64,000 nt of DNA from an uncultured delta proteobacterium (GTDB lineage Bacteria; Myxococcota_A; Polyangia; Polyangiales; Polyangiaceae), in assembly GCA_963850305.1 (NCBI GenBank), contig CAWKKR010000001.1, positions 160,001 through 224,000 on the forward strand. Direction: 5' to 3'. Made by a program: the position numbers and the translations under genes. Position 1 is the first letter of the stretch, and each line of letters opens with the position of its first letter. The notes below the pieces were generated by a model that saw nothing but the letters and a program-made list of their open reading frames with translations, ran no database searches and had not been told where the DNA came from. Below are positions 42,923 through 52,804 of this stretch, one piece after another.

Positions 42923-44523
42923 GACGATGCTCCCGCGATCGCCGGAGCACCCGGCGTCTTCGGAATGGCATCGGTCGACATGGATTTTCGGACGTCCGCG
43001 ACCCTTCGCCAGCCGAAGTCGTGACCGAGCCGCGCGGCGATGCCCGCGACGAGCTTCCACGCGGGCCGGGAGTCGCCGCGGGTGCCGATCGCCTGTTCGC
43101 TCTCCTGCGCTAGACCCGTTGCGTTGACGAACGTGCCGTCGGACTCCGCCCAGCTCGACGCAGGCAGGAGAATCGTCGCCGATCGCGCAAGAGGGCCGTC
43201 GTGAGTCGCGAGAACGATCCGCGACTTGGCCGATGAGAACGCGGCGGCGTCGGCGAGATCGCGGGTGTCGGAGCCGAGTGCGAGCACCGTGGAGAACTCG
43301 GCCATGGTGATCGCTGCCGCGAGATCCTGCATCGACCGGGGCGCGGTGGCGCCTGCGAGCGCCCGAATGCCGCGCGTGTTCGGGTTCTTGTCCACGTTTC
43401 GCAGGATCTTGTCGCCCTCACCGTCAGGGCGGCCCCCGAGGAACAGATTGTTCGTGCCGAGGAGTCTCGCGAGCGCGAGCAGCGCAAAGTTGTCTTCGTT
43501 CGAGTGCTGGGCACTGAGCACGACCGCGAGCCGCTCCGCGGGAACGCCCTTCAAGGCCTTCGCGGCGTGGTCCAGCGCGGCGCCGAGCGTCGCGCCTTCC
43601 TTGTCGAGGGTCGACTCGAGGACACGGTGCTCGGCGACGCGGTGGTAATCGAGCATGCCCTCGTCGCACATCCAGTACTTGTTGACGGCCTGGTTCTCGC
43701 GCGGGCGATGGCGATGGACCTTCCCGTCGCGCGGATCGTAATCGAGGAACGCGTTGCAACCCGTCGCGCAGCCCTGGCAAACGGTGCGAGCGCTCCGGAG
43801 AAACCAGACGCGCGCCTTGAAGCGGAAATCTTGCGCCGTGAGCGCGCCCACGGGGCAGACGTATTCCGTCATCAGCGTATAGGGATTGTCGAGCTCGCGG
43901 CCCGGCGCGACGACGACCTCGGTCAGGTTGCCGCGCTGGCGCAGGGCGAGGACGGGATCCTTTGCCACCTCATCCACGAAGCGAATGCACCGCGTACACA
44001 CGATGCAGCGCTCCGCGTCGTAGACGATGGTCGGTCCGAACACGACGGCCTTGGGCTTGTGCACCGGCTCGTCGCGCATTCGCTTCGACGTCCCCTGATG
44101 CTCCAGCCAGTAGTCCTGGAGTCGGCACTCGCCGGCCTGGTCGCAGATCGGGCAGTCCACCGGGTGGTTCAGGAGCAGCAGTTCCTGCACCGCGGCGCGC
44201 GCGCGCTCGACGTGTGGACTGGACGAACTCCGGACCTCCATGCCGTCGACCGCCGCCATCTGACACGCGGGCTGGAGCTTCGGTTTCTTCTGATCGACGT
44301 ATTCGCCCTTCTCGCTGTCCCAGGCGAGCACGGCCAGCGCCATCGCGGGTCGTCCGGGTGGCGGCAGAATCTCGACGAGACACATGCGGCAGTTCGCGAC
44401 GACGCTGAGCCCCGGATGCCAGCAATAGTGCGGAATGTCGATGCCGACACGCTCGGCCGCGCGAATGATGGTGTCCCCTGGCTCGAAGGGGATCTCGATG
44501 TCGTCTAGCTTGAAGGTAGGCAT
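42919..44523 (-). CDS. nuoG: NADH-quinone oxidoreductase subunit G (short form)
   Basis: IPHYCWH...NCRMC, NHPVDCPICDQAGEC, RCIVCTRC...CPVGAL and CQGCATGC motifs. Confidence 0.93.
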   Translation of the reverse strand: MPTFKLDDIEIPFEPGDTIIRAAERVGIDIPHYCWHPGLSVVANCRMCLVEILPPPGRPAMALAVLAWDSEKGEYVDQKKPKLQPACQMAAVDGMEVRSSSSPHVERARAAVQELLLLNHPVDCPICDQAGECRLQDYWLEHQGTSKRMRDEPVHKPKAVVFGPTIVYDAERCIVCTRCIRFVDEVAKDPVLALRQRGNLTEVVVAPGRELDNPYTLMTEYVCPVGALTAQDFRFKARVWFLRSARTVCQGCATGCNAFLDYDPRDGKVHRHRPRENQAVNKYWMCDEGMLDYHRVAEHRVLESTLDKEGATLGAALDHAAKALKGVPAERLAVVLSAQHSNEDNFALLALARLLGTNNLFLGGRPDGEGDKILRNVDKNPNTRGIRALAGATAPRSMQDLAAAITMAEFSTVLALGSDTRDLADAAAFSSAKSRIVLATHDGPLARSATILLPASSWAESDGTFVNATGLAQESEQAIGTRGDSRPAWKLVAGIAARLGHDFGWRRVADVRKSMSTDAIPKTPGAPAIAGASS

Positions 44524-45739
44524 TTAGCGGTCACACTCCCCGCCGATCATGTTCAAGGATCCGAAGCACGGCACGATATCCGCGACCATCTGCCCGGTGA
44601 TGACGCGCTCGAGCCCGCCCGTGACGAGAAAGCACGGGGGGCGAATGCGCACGCGGTACGGCGTACCGCTCCCGTCGCTGACGAGATAGAAGCCGAGCTC
44701 GCCGTTACCCGCTTCCGTGTAGGCGTACGTTTCGCCGGCGGGGATCTTGAGCCCCTCCATCACGATCTTGAAATGGCGGATGGTGCCCTCGATCGTCGAA
44801 TAGACGTCGCTCTTCGGCGGCAGAATGACGCGAGGATCGTCGACGTTCACCGGGCCCGAATCCGCCATCCGCTCGAGGCACTGTTCGATGATCCGGGCGC
44901 TCTGCTTGAGCTCTTCGATCCGCATCATGAAGCGGTCGTAGCAATCCCCGGCTTGTCCGACGGGAACGTCGAACTCCACCTCCGCGTACTTGAGGTAGGG
45001 GTGCGCCTTGCGGACGTCGTAAGGGACACCGCTCGCCCGGAGACACGGTCCGGTCCATCCGAGCGAAATGGCGTCTTCGGCGCTGATGATGCCGATCCCC
45101 TCGAGACGATCGAGGAAGATCCGGTTGCCGAGCAACAGCCGCTCGACCTCCGCGATGACCTTCAGGATCTGATCGACCGTCGCGCGGGTCGTCTCCTTGA
45201 ACCCCTCGGTTGGGGGATTCGCCATGCCGCCCACGCGCCCGAAGCTGTGGGTGAGACGCGCGCCCGTCTCCTCCTCCATGATGTCCCAGATCATCTCGCG
45301 CGCTTTGATCATCCAGAGGAACGGTGTGAACGCGCCGAGCTCCATCGCCATCGCGCCGTCGCACGTCAGATGGTCCGACATCCGCGCGAGCTCGCCGAGC
45401 GCCATGCGGTACCACTGGCAGCGCTCCGGGACCTCGATGCCCAGCATCTTCTCGCACGCGAGCGAGAAGCCCACGTTGTTCAGCATCGGCGAGATGTAGT
45501 TGCAGCGATCGACGTAGGGGTACACCTGCGTCCAGGTGCCGCGCTCGCACATCTTTTCGAAGCCGCGGTGCAGATAGCCGACTTGCACGTCGGCCTTGAC
45601 GATGTTCTCGCCGGTTAGCTCCACGACCGTACGCACGGTGCCGTGCATCGCGGGATGCGCGGGCCCGAGATTCACGCATCATGGGATCGGCGGGCAGCTC
45701 GATCTCGGCTCGGTCCAGGTCTTGGTCCAGGGGCTCCAT
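44524..45739 (-). CDS. nuoD: NADH-quinone oxidoreductase subunit D, frameshifted near 45676
   Basis: NLGPAHPAMHG, GYLHRGFEK, DRCNY, GELG and GECDR motifs. The N-terminus MEPLDQDLD...PADPMM lies in an adjacent frame (one extra base). Confidence 0.95.
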
Positions 45740-45751
45740 CGGGTCGCGCCT

Positions 45752-46357
45752 TCAGTTGGGGAACACTTCGGGATCGGGGGCGTCCTCATCCCTCGCCCGA
45801 TCGAACGTTTGACGGCCGAAAGCCATGCCCTCGTCCGTGCGAAACGGGGGCACCTTATCGATAGACGGCAAATCGAGGTACTCCACCAAGGGTTGGATCC
45901 TATCCGCTGGATAATCCTTGCGAAGCGGGTGCCCCTCGAACTCCGGGTAAAGGAGGATGCGGCGAAGATCCGGGTGCCCCTCGAAGACCACGCCGAACAT
46001 GTCCCAGCACTCGCGCTCGAGCCAGTTCGCGCTACCCCAGAGACCGGCGAGCGAGGCGATGCGCGCCCCCTTTCCGTCGCGCTCGCCCGTCCGGGCTTTG
46101 ACGCGCAGGCGGTGCCCCCGGGAGAGTGAATAGAAGTGCGCGACGATCTCGAAGCGCGGCGCTCGGTCCGGGTAGTCCACGGCCGTCAGATCCATGAGCA
46201 TGCTCATTTCCGCCTTCGGCGACGATTTGAGAAATGCCGCGACGTCGTGCCAGCGAACGACGTTCACGACGACCGTTTCGTCCCCGTGCTGCGCATGCGA
46301 CTCGACCACGTCGTTCGTGAACTGTCCTTTGACCAGGTCGACCAGAGCTTTTGACAT
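45752..46357 (-). CDS. nuoC: NADH-quinone oxidoreductase subunit C
   Basis: DLTAVDY, WLERECWDMFG, GHPDLRRIL and GHPLRKDYP motifs. Confidence 0.96.
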   Translation of the reverse strand: MSKALVDLVKGQFTNDVVESHAQHGDETVVVNVVRWHDVAAFLKSSPKAEMSMLMDLTAVDYPDRAPRFEIVAHFYSLSRGHRLRVKARTGERDGKGARIASLAGLWGSANWLERECWDMFGVVFEGHPDLRRILLYPEFEGHPLRKDYPADRIQPLVEYLDLPSIDKVPPFRTDEGMAFGRQTFDRARDEDAPDPEVFPN

Positions 46358-46373
46358 GAGTTCGTGGTTCCCG

Positions 46374-46958
46374 TCAGACGATCGAATCACGGCGCCGCAC
46401 CTGGACGAGACCGTGCGCGCCCTGGTTGGCGGCAGGGTCGGTGCGCGGTTTCACGGCAGCCGGCGTCCGATCGCCACTCTGGATCTTGTCCATGAGGAGC
46501 ATGAGCCCGTCGAGCACGGCTTCGGGTCGGGGCGGGCACCCAGGGACGTACACGTGACACGGGATGATCTTGTCCACGCCGGCCACGCACGCATAGTTGT
46601 CGTAGAAGCCGCCGCAGGACGCGCATGTACCGAACGCGAGCACCCACTTCGGCTCCGCCATCTGCTCGTAGATGCGCTTCAGGATCGGCGCCTGGCGCTG
46701 CGTGATCGTGCCCACGACCCACAGCAAATCCGACTGCCGCGGCGAGAAGCGTGGGGCCTCCGCGCCGAAGCGCGAGAAGTCGTAGCGCGGACTCGACATG
46801 GCCATGAATTCCATCCCGCAACACGCGGTCACGAAGGGGTACATGAACAGCGAGTATTTCTGCGCCCAGGCGAGCAGCGCCTCCGCCTTCGTCGTCACGA
46901 AACCTTCGCCACCCGCGGGCTCGAGCACGCGCGAGCTCGTGCTTGTCAACTCTCCCAT
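46374..46958 (-). CDS. nuoB: NADH-quinone oxidoreductase subunit B
   Basis: TACCGME, SPRQSD, MAEPKWV, GTCA and PGCPPRPE motifs. Confidence 0.97.
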   Translation of the reverse strand: MGELTSTSSRVLEPAGGEGFVTTKAEALLAWAQKYSLFMYPFVTACCGMEFMAMSSPRYDFSRFGAEAPRFSPRQSDLLWVVGTITQRQAPILKRIYEQMAEPKWVLAFGTCASCGGFYDNYACVAGVDKIIPCHVYVPGCPPRPEAVLDGLMLLMDKIQSGDRTPAAVKPRTDPAANQGAHGLVQVRRRDSIV

Positions 46959-47305
46959 TCGAGGGCTCCTTTCTTCCAGCAATAGATCAGTGCCACAACG
47001 AGCGAGAGAATGAAGGTCGTCATCGTCGCAAATCCGGCCCAGCCGAGCCCCTTGAAGAGGGTTGCCCAGGGGTAGACGAACACCACCTCCACGTCGAAAA
47101 CGACGAACAGGATGGCCGTCATGTAGAACTTGACGCTCATCTTCGACCCGCGCCCGCCCTCGGTGTCGTTCCCGCACTCGAAAGGCATCATCTTCTCGGC
47201 GGTCGGATTCTTGGGCCCGAGGAGCGCGCCGAGGGAGAACATCGCGCCGCAGATGACCAGCGCAATGGCGAACATGATGAACATCGGAAGGTAGAGCTCG
47301 AACAT
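46946..47305 (-). CDS. nuoA: NADH-quinone oxidoreductase subunit A
   Basis: K..PFECG, KFY..AILFVVFDVE and KKGALEW motifs. Confidence 0.97.
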   Translation of the reverse strand: MFELYLPMFIMFAIALVICGAMFSLGALLGPKNPTAEKMMPFECGNDTEGGRGSKMSVKFYMTAILFVVFDVEVVFVYPWATLFKGLGWAGFATMTTFILSLVVALIYCWKKGALEWES

Positions 47306-47365
47306 GCCCTCTTCTTGCCGCTGCCGGCGTCGTTAAATGGCCGAAATTACGGCGATCGGTCGCGA

Positions 47366-47394
47366 TGTCTAACGCTACGCGGAGGGCCTGTCAA
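47366..47394 (-). promoter_or_regulatory. Putative sigma70 promoter of the nuo cluster
   Basis: Perfect TTGACA-N17-TAGACA on the minus strand, about 60 nt upstream of nuoA. Confidence 0.55.
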
Positions 47395-47413
47395 CGTGGG
47401 CCGGAGCCTCGCT

Positions 47414-48589
47414 CTACGAGCGGGTTTTAGCCTCTTCCTCGCCGACGAGGTCGCGCCAGCTCGAAAGGGCTCGCCCGAGCTGTGCTTCCACGGCCAGGCG
47501 CACATCCGCTATCGCCGCTTCATCGACCCCGGAGGTTCGCGCCTCCAGCACGGCTCCATACGCCGCGACCGAGCGCCCTCGATCGAGGAACGCCCGCGCA
47601 AGCAGGGGCCAGACGCGGTCCCCCGACGCTCCGAGGTTCGCCGCCCGCCGGAGGGGGCCGATGGCCTCTCCGGCGCGATCGTCGTCGAGCAGCGCCTCGC
47701 CGAGACGTCCGTAAATCTCGGCGGCGCCCGGGCCGTCGCCCGCATACTGGACGGCCAGGCGGAGCACCTCTTCGCCCTGGGCCGAATCGCCGGTGCGGAC
47801 GCAAGCCGACCCGAGCAGCCCGAGACCCTTCGCGATGATCCCCCGGGTCTCGGCGTTCAACATTTGCCCTTCAGCCGTCCGGAGAAAAATCGTGAGAGGG
47901 CCCGGCCACTGGCCGAGTAACTGGACGACGCGCGCATGATCGTCCCGCGACGCGGCTTCTTCCGCGGCCTTGACGTGGGACAAATCGATGGCGCTCCGAC
48001 CGCCGGGCTTGGCGATGCGCGAAAGCTCCTGCCGGACGTGAGCGCGAATCCGCTCACGAAAGGCGAGGAGCGAAAACAGCTCCTCGACCCCGTCCTGCAG
48101 GAGGCGGATCGAAGATCCCGAGTTGCCCACCAGCAACTCGGTGAGACTGTACCCATAGAGCGGCGCGAGCAGGAGATAACGCACGCCCACGTGGAGCTGA
48201 ATGGCCTCAGTGTCCGTGAGTCGCTTCGGCGCGGGCCCCGACGGTTCATCCGCCACGAGCGCGCTCACGAGCCGTCGCCGGAACTCGGCGAGCGTGAGCC
48301 GCTGCGTGTCGGCGCGCGTCGCTTCGTCGTCGCCCGTCCCGACGGTGAAGTCGACCAGGGTGTTGTCGGGATTCCGCCGATCGACGGTGAGCGCCGTGAT
48401 GCGGGCGCCCGTGATCATCGAAAACGCGAAGAACCGCTCCCCGACGATCTCGCAAAGCGCCTGGAAGCTACCGACGCTCTCCCCTATCCGCTCGAACCAA
48501 CCATCAGTACGGATCGCCGCAAGGGGGAATACCTGCTCGACGGGCATGAGTGGAACCTTCATCCTCGCACGGACGATTCCGTCCTTCAA
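47414..48589 (-). CDS. Hypothetical protein with C-terminal TPR-like repeats; start uncertain
   Basis: Long ORF with normal residue composition; TPR-like IYGRLGEAL and VWPLLARAFL; overlaps the upstream stop. Confidence 0.7.
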   Translation of the reverse strand: MKDGIVRARMKVPLMPVEQVFPLAAIRTDGWFERIGESVGSFQALCEIVGERFFAFSMITGARITALTVDRRNPDNTLVDFTVGTGDDEATRADTQRLTLAEFRRRLVSALVADEPSGPAPKRLTDTEAIQLHVGVRYLLLAPLYGYSLTELLVGNSGSSIRLLQDGVEELFSLLAFRERIRAHVRQELSRIAKPGGRSAIDLSHVKAAEEAASRDDHARVVQLLGQWPGPLTIFLRTAEGQMLNAETRGIIAKGLGLLGSACVRTGDSAQGEEVLRLAVQYAGDGPGAAEIYGRLGEALLDDDRAGEAIGPLRRAANLGASGDRVWPLLARAFLDRGRSVAAYGAVLEARTSGVDEAAIADVRLAVEAQLGRALSSWRDLVGEEEAKTRS

Positions 48590-49485
48590 CGCCGCCAGTG
48601 ACGACAGACCGACATTATCCCGCAGCCCTCACAGCGCCGCTCGTCCCGCCTAGAGGGGCACCGCTGGAGCATGCCTAGGTGGCAGAGCGGGAAATCGAAC
48701 CGGACCGGATCCGCGGGATCCAGACGTCTCAGCGCGGCGGTGATCTCCTCGGTGGTCGCCCATGTGAGGGTGGACCGATCCGTGAACCCGAGGTTCCGCG
48801 AGAGCTTGTAGATGTGGGTGTCGACGGGCACGAGCAGGATGGCCGGGGAAACGGACTTCCAGACGCCCAGGTCGACGCCGTCGTCCCGTCGCACCATCCA
48901 GCGCAGGTACAGCAGCAGCCGTTTGCAGCCGCTCGTCTTGCCCGGATCGGCGAGAATGTGAGCGGCGCCGCGCCGTGTCTCGGCCCTGGCGTCGAGACCA
49001 CCCGCGCTCCGGATCTGACGAACCCAATCGGCGAGCGCCGGCCGGAGTTCGCCGTGCTTCTCGAGGAGCTCCACGAAGCAGCGCTCGAGGGTGCCATGGG
49101 ACCGCTGCACACGCCGTGCACCGATGAGGAGTCGCGCGACGTCTTCCCCGCGGTACACGCGATGCTTCCATCCGTCGAGCGCCGCGAACACGCCGAGCTC
49201 GTCATCAGCGGCGCGAACGAGCGACCCGCCCAGCCGATCGAACGCGTCGCCCACCTTCGCCGTCAGTGCCTTCGCGTTCCCGAACGCGAGGCACGCGGCC
49301 ACGAGGCCCGCCAGCTCGAGTTCGCGCGCGCCCCGGTATCGCCGTACGGGCCCTATCGGATCCGCGCCGAGCCGCGCGGCGCGGTCGCACGCCGCATCGA
49401 CGCGAAGAATCGCACGAAAAATGTCCGCCTCCGGCGCCCGTGCAGCTCTCCGGTGCGTCTTCCGGGACGCGGCGCTCGCGGTCAA
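48586..49485 (-). CDS. TIGR02757 / DUF2400 family (HhH-GPD-related) protein
   Basis: [30 protein letters not shown] and [13 protein letters not shown] motifs. Confidence 0.9.
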   Translation of the reverse strand: MTASAASRKTHRRAARAPEADIFRAILRVDAACDRAARLGADPIGPVRRYRGARELELAGLVAACLAFGNAKALTAKVGDAFDRLGGSLVRAADDELGVFAALDGWKHRVYRGEDVARLLIGARRVQRSHGTLERCFVELLEKHGELRPALADWVRQIRSAGGLDARAETRRGAAHILADPGKTSGCKRLLLYLRWMVRRDDGVDLGVWKSVSPAILLVPVDTHIYKLSRNLGFTDRSTLTWATTEEITAALRRLDPADPVRFDFPLCHLGMLQRCPSRRDERRCEGCGIMSVCRHWRR

Positions 49486-51128
49486 CGCACCGGCAACTTG
49501 GGAGAGCGCTGCTGTCCCCCGATGTCGGCGAAGAAGTCATTGCCCTTGTCGTCCACGACGATGAAGGCGGGGAAATCCGCGACCTCTATCTTCCATACCG
49601 CTTCCATCCCGAGCTCGGGATACTCGAGGACCTCTACCTTCTTGATGCAGTCCTTGGCGAGCCGCGCCGCGGGCCCGCCGATCGAGCCCAGGTAAAAGCC
49701 GCCGTACTTCTTGCAAGCTTCGGTGACGGCGCGTGACCGGTTCCCCTTCGCGAGCATGACGAAGCTACCGCCGTTCGCCTGGAAGACGTCGACGTACGCG
49801 TCCATGCGACCAGCCGTGGTCGGACCGAACGAGCCGGACGCGTACCCTTCGGGGGTCTTTGCCGGCCCGGCGTAGTAGACGGCAAACTCTCGCAGATACT
49901 CCGGGAGGCCAAGGCCGCGATCGAGCCGCTCCTTGAGCTTCGCGTGAGCGATATCGCGAGCGACGATCATCGGACCGCTGAGCGACAGGCGTGTCTTGAT
50001 CGGATATTTGGACAGCTCGGCGCGCACGTCGCTCATCGGACGGCCGAGATCGATCTTCACCGCGTCCCCGGGCAGATCCTCGTGCGTCGTGTCGGGCAAA
50101 TACTTGGCGGGGTCACGCTCGAGCTCCTCGAGATACACGCCATCCTTCGTGATCTTGCCGAGCGCCTGACGATCCGCGGAGCAGGAGACGGCGATGGCGA
50201 CGGGGCAGCTCGCGCCGTGCCGCGCGAGGCGCACGACGCGCACGTCGTGGCAAAAGTATTTACCGCCGAACTGCGCGCCGATCCCCGTCCGTTGCGCGAG
50301 CTGCAACACCTGTTGCTCGAGCTCCAGGTCCCGGAACCCGCGCCCGAGACGATTGCCCTCCGCGGGGAGCGTGTCGAGATACCGGGCGGAGGCGAGCTTG
50401 GCGGTCTTCAGCGCGTACTCGGCGCTCGTCCCTCCGATCACGATGGCCAGATGGTACGGCGGGCACGCGGCCGTGCCGAGAGCCCGGATCTTCTCTTCGA
50501 GGAAGGCGAGCAGTCGCTCGGGGTTGAGGAGCGCTTTCGTCTCCTGAAAGAGGTAGCTCTTGTTCGCGGAGCCCCCGCCCTTCGCCATGAACAGGAACTT
50601 GTAAGCGTCGCCATCCGTCGCGAAGATCTCGATCTGCGCGGGCAAATTGTTCCCCGTGTTGACCTCCTGGTACATGTCGAGGGGCGCCATCTGCGAATAC
50701 CGGAGGTTCGACGTCTCGTACGTGTCGAACACGCCGTGCGCTATCGCCTCCTCGTCGCGCCCGCCCGTGAGGACGTACTGCCCCTTCTTCCCCATCACGA
50801 TCGCCGTGCCGGTGTCCTGGCACATGGGGAGCACGCCTCCCGCAGCGATGTTCGCGTTCTTGAGGAGATCCTCCGCGACGAATCGGTCGTTCGGCGACGC
50901 TTCCGGATCCTTCAGGATATTGGCCAGCTGCGCGAGGTGACCCGGTCGCAGCAAGTGAGCGATGTCCCGCATCGCTTCTCGCGTGAGCAACCGGAGCGCC
51001 TCGGACTCCACCTTCACGAACAGCTTGCCGTCCGCGGTGAACGTCGAGACGTGGTCCTTCGTCAGCAGGCGATACGGCGTCTCGTCCTTGCCGAGGGGGA
51101 GCATTTCCTGGAACTGGAAGTCGGGCAT
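49482..51128 (-). CDS. Class I fumarate hydratase (Fe-S)
   Basis: [37 protein letters not shown] and GPTTAGRMD motifs. Confidence 0.97.
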   Translation of the reverse strand: MPDFQFQEMLPLGKDETPYRLLTKDHVSTFTADGKLFVKVESEALRLLTREAMRDIAHLLRPGHLAQLANILKDPEASPNDRFVAEDLLKNANIAAGGVLPMCQDTGTAIVMGKKGQYVLTGGRDEEAIAHGVFDTYETSNLRYSQMAPLDMYQEVNTGNNLPAQIEIFATDGDAYKFLFMAKGGGSANKSYLFQETKALLNPERLLAFLEEKIRALGTAACPPYHLAIVIGGTSAEYALKTAKLASARYLDTLPAEGNRLGRGFRDLELEQQVLQLAQRTGIGAQFGGKYFCHDVRVVRLARHGASCPVAIAVSCSADRQALGKITKDGVYLEELERDPAKYLPDTTHEDLPGDAVKIDLGRPMSDVRAELSKYPIKTRLSLSGPMIVARDIAHAKLKERLDRGLGLPEYLREFAVYYAGPAKTPEGYASGSFGPTTAGRMDAYVDVFQANGGSFVMLAKGNRSRAVTEACKKYGGFYLGSIGGPAARLAKDCIKKVEVLEYPELGMEAVWKIEVADFPAFIVVDDKGNDFFADIGGQQRSPKLPVR

Positions 51129-51219
51129 CGTTCTCCGATTGGGGCAGCTCGCCGTCGCCGGCAGCGGCGAGCATAGCGCCACTTCCTCGGTCCGCCGCAC
51201 CCAGAGTAAACTGCCGTGC

Positions 51220-51630
51220 ATGATGCCGTGCGATTTGCCGGAGCAAGACCGTCCGGCGCTGCCCCTCACGTTCACCGGTGGCTGCCACTGCGGCAGCGTT
51301 CGCTTTCGAGTGACCGTCCGCCAGCGTCGCGTGTCCGTCTGTAATTGCTCCATCTGCGAGAAGAAGGGCTACCGGCACATCGTCGTGCCCGCGAGCGACT
51401 TCGAGCTCACGAGCGGCCGAGAAAACCTCACGACGTACACGTTCAACACGGGCGTCGCGAAGCACCACTTTTGCAGGACCTGCGGCATTCATTCCTTCTA
51501 TGTTCCGCGCTCCCATCCGGACGGGTTCAGCGTGAACGAACGCTGCCTCGACGACGCGCCGGCAAACTGGTTCGAGCTCGAAGCCTTCGACGGAAGGAAC
51601 TGGGAGGACGCGGTTCACACGCTCCGATGA
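51220..51630 (+). CDS. GFA/CENP-V family Zn protein
   Basis: [20 protein letters not shown] and PRSHPDG motifs. Confidence 0.92.
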   Translation: MMPCDLPEQDRPALPLTFTGGCHCGSVRFRVTVRQRRVSVCNCSICEKKGYRHIVVPASDFELTSGRENLTTYTFNTGVAKHHFCRTCGIHSFYVPRSHPDGFSVNERCLDDAPANWFELEAFDGRNWEDAVHTLR

Positions 51631-52721
51631 ACGGCGTTTCCGTCCTGCGGGCGCGCGACGTTGCCCGCCGCTTGCTCGACTGGTACGACGCGAACCGTCG
51701 CGATCTCCCGTGGCGGCGAACGCGGGACCCGTACGCCGTCTGGGTGAGCGAGATGATGCTCCAGCAAACCCAGGTCGCGACCGTCGTCGGCTACTACACG
51801 CGCTGGATGGAGCGCTTCCCGACCATCCACGCTCTCGCCGATGCGACGGAGGACGACGTGCTCCACGCCTGGCAGGGCCTCGGCTATTACTCCCGCGCCC
51901 GGAACCTCTGGCGCGGCGCGCGCGCGGTCGTCGCGGATCACGCGGGCCGCCTGCCCCGCACGGCCGACGCCCTGCGCGCGCTCCCGGGCATCGGCCCGTA
52001 TTCGGCAGGAGCCATCGCCAGCATTGCGCACGGACAGCGAGAGCCGCTCGTCGACGGGAACGTCGTGCGGGTGCTCTGTCGCGTCTTCGGCCTCCGCGGC
52101 GATCCCTCGCGAGGCGCGCTCAGGGCCAACCTCTGGGAAATCGCCGGACAGCTCGTGCCCGAAGAACGCCCGGGCGACTTCAACCAGGCCCTCATGGAGC
52201 TCGGCGCGACCGTGTGTACGGCGCGCGCGCCCCGCTGCGACGCTTGCCCGCTCGCGAAGAAGTGCATCGCGATGAGACAAGGCGTCGTGGGCGAGCTCCC
52301 CGAGTCGAGATCGCGCCCGGCTGCGATCGCGGTCGCGCGCGCGGCGGCCGTCGTTCGGCGCGGGCCACGCGTCCTGTGCGTGCAGGTCCCGGACGGCGCC
52401 GCGCGCTGGGCCGGCATGTGGCAATTCCCGAACGCCGATTGCGGGAGCGGCGAGCCTCCCGAGCGCGCCGCCGAACGGGCCGTGCTCGAAGCCGTCGGGC
52501 TTCACGTCACAGCGAAGCGCCAGGCCGTCACCGTCCGGCATTCGGTCACCCATCATCGCATCACGCTCGACGTCCATGAGTGCGCGCCCGAGAGAAATGG
52601 CGCCAGGCCTCGCGCCATCGCGTGCAAGGCCTTTGCCTTCGAAGAGCCAGCGAGGCTCGAAGCGCTCGCGATGCCCGCCGCGCACCGGCGAATCGCACGA
52701 TATCTGCTTTCGTCGGCGTGA
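51627..52721 (+). CDS. mutY: A/G-specific adenine glycosylase
   Basis: RDLPWR, WVSEMMLQQTQV, WQGLGYYSRARN, LPGIGPY, VDGNV and CX6CX2CX5C motifs. Confidence 0.97.
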   Translation: MNGVSVLRARDVARRLLDWYDANRRDLPWRRTRDPYAVWVSEMMLQQTQVATVVGYYTRWMERFPTIHALADATEDDVLHAWQGLGYYSRARNLWRGARAVVADHAGRLPRTADALRALPGIGPYSAGAIASIAHGQREPLVDGNVVRVLCRVFGLRGDPSRGALRANLWEIAGQLVPEERPGDFNQALMELGATVCTARAPRCDACPLAKKCIAMRQGVVGELPESRSRPAAIAVARAAAVVRRGPRVLCVQVPDGAARWAGMWQFPNADCGSGEPPERAAERAVLEAVGLHVTAKRQAVTVRHSVTHHRITLDVHECAPERNGARPRAIACKAFAFEEPARLEALAMPAAHRRIARYLLSSA

Positions 52722-52804
52722 GTTTTGTTGGTGCGGATTCGAAGGTCGGGCGGGCAAGATGATGGCTTCGCGACCACGAAGGAGGTGATAAACGCGGTTG
52801 GGAA

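Noticed and set aside
44653..44669. GTAC palindrome GCGGTACG-G-CGTACCGC as a second copy of the 40322 element
   Set aside because: It lies inside conserved nuoD coding sequence (GSGTPYRV) and has none of the flanking arms
38831..45739. gatB and nuoD as true pseudogenes
   Set aside because: These are core genes with intact motifs and only single-base indels; sequencing error is more parsimonious
52741..52804. Fluoride riboswitch-like words (GATGG...ATAAACGC)
   Set aside because: The pseudoknot pairing and the GCTGATGAC 3' element are missing
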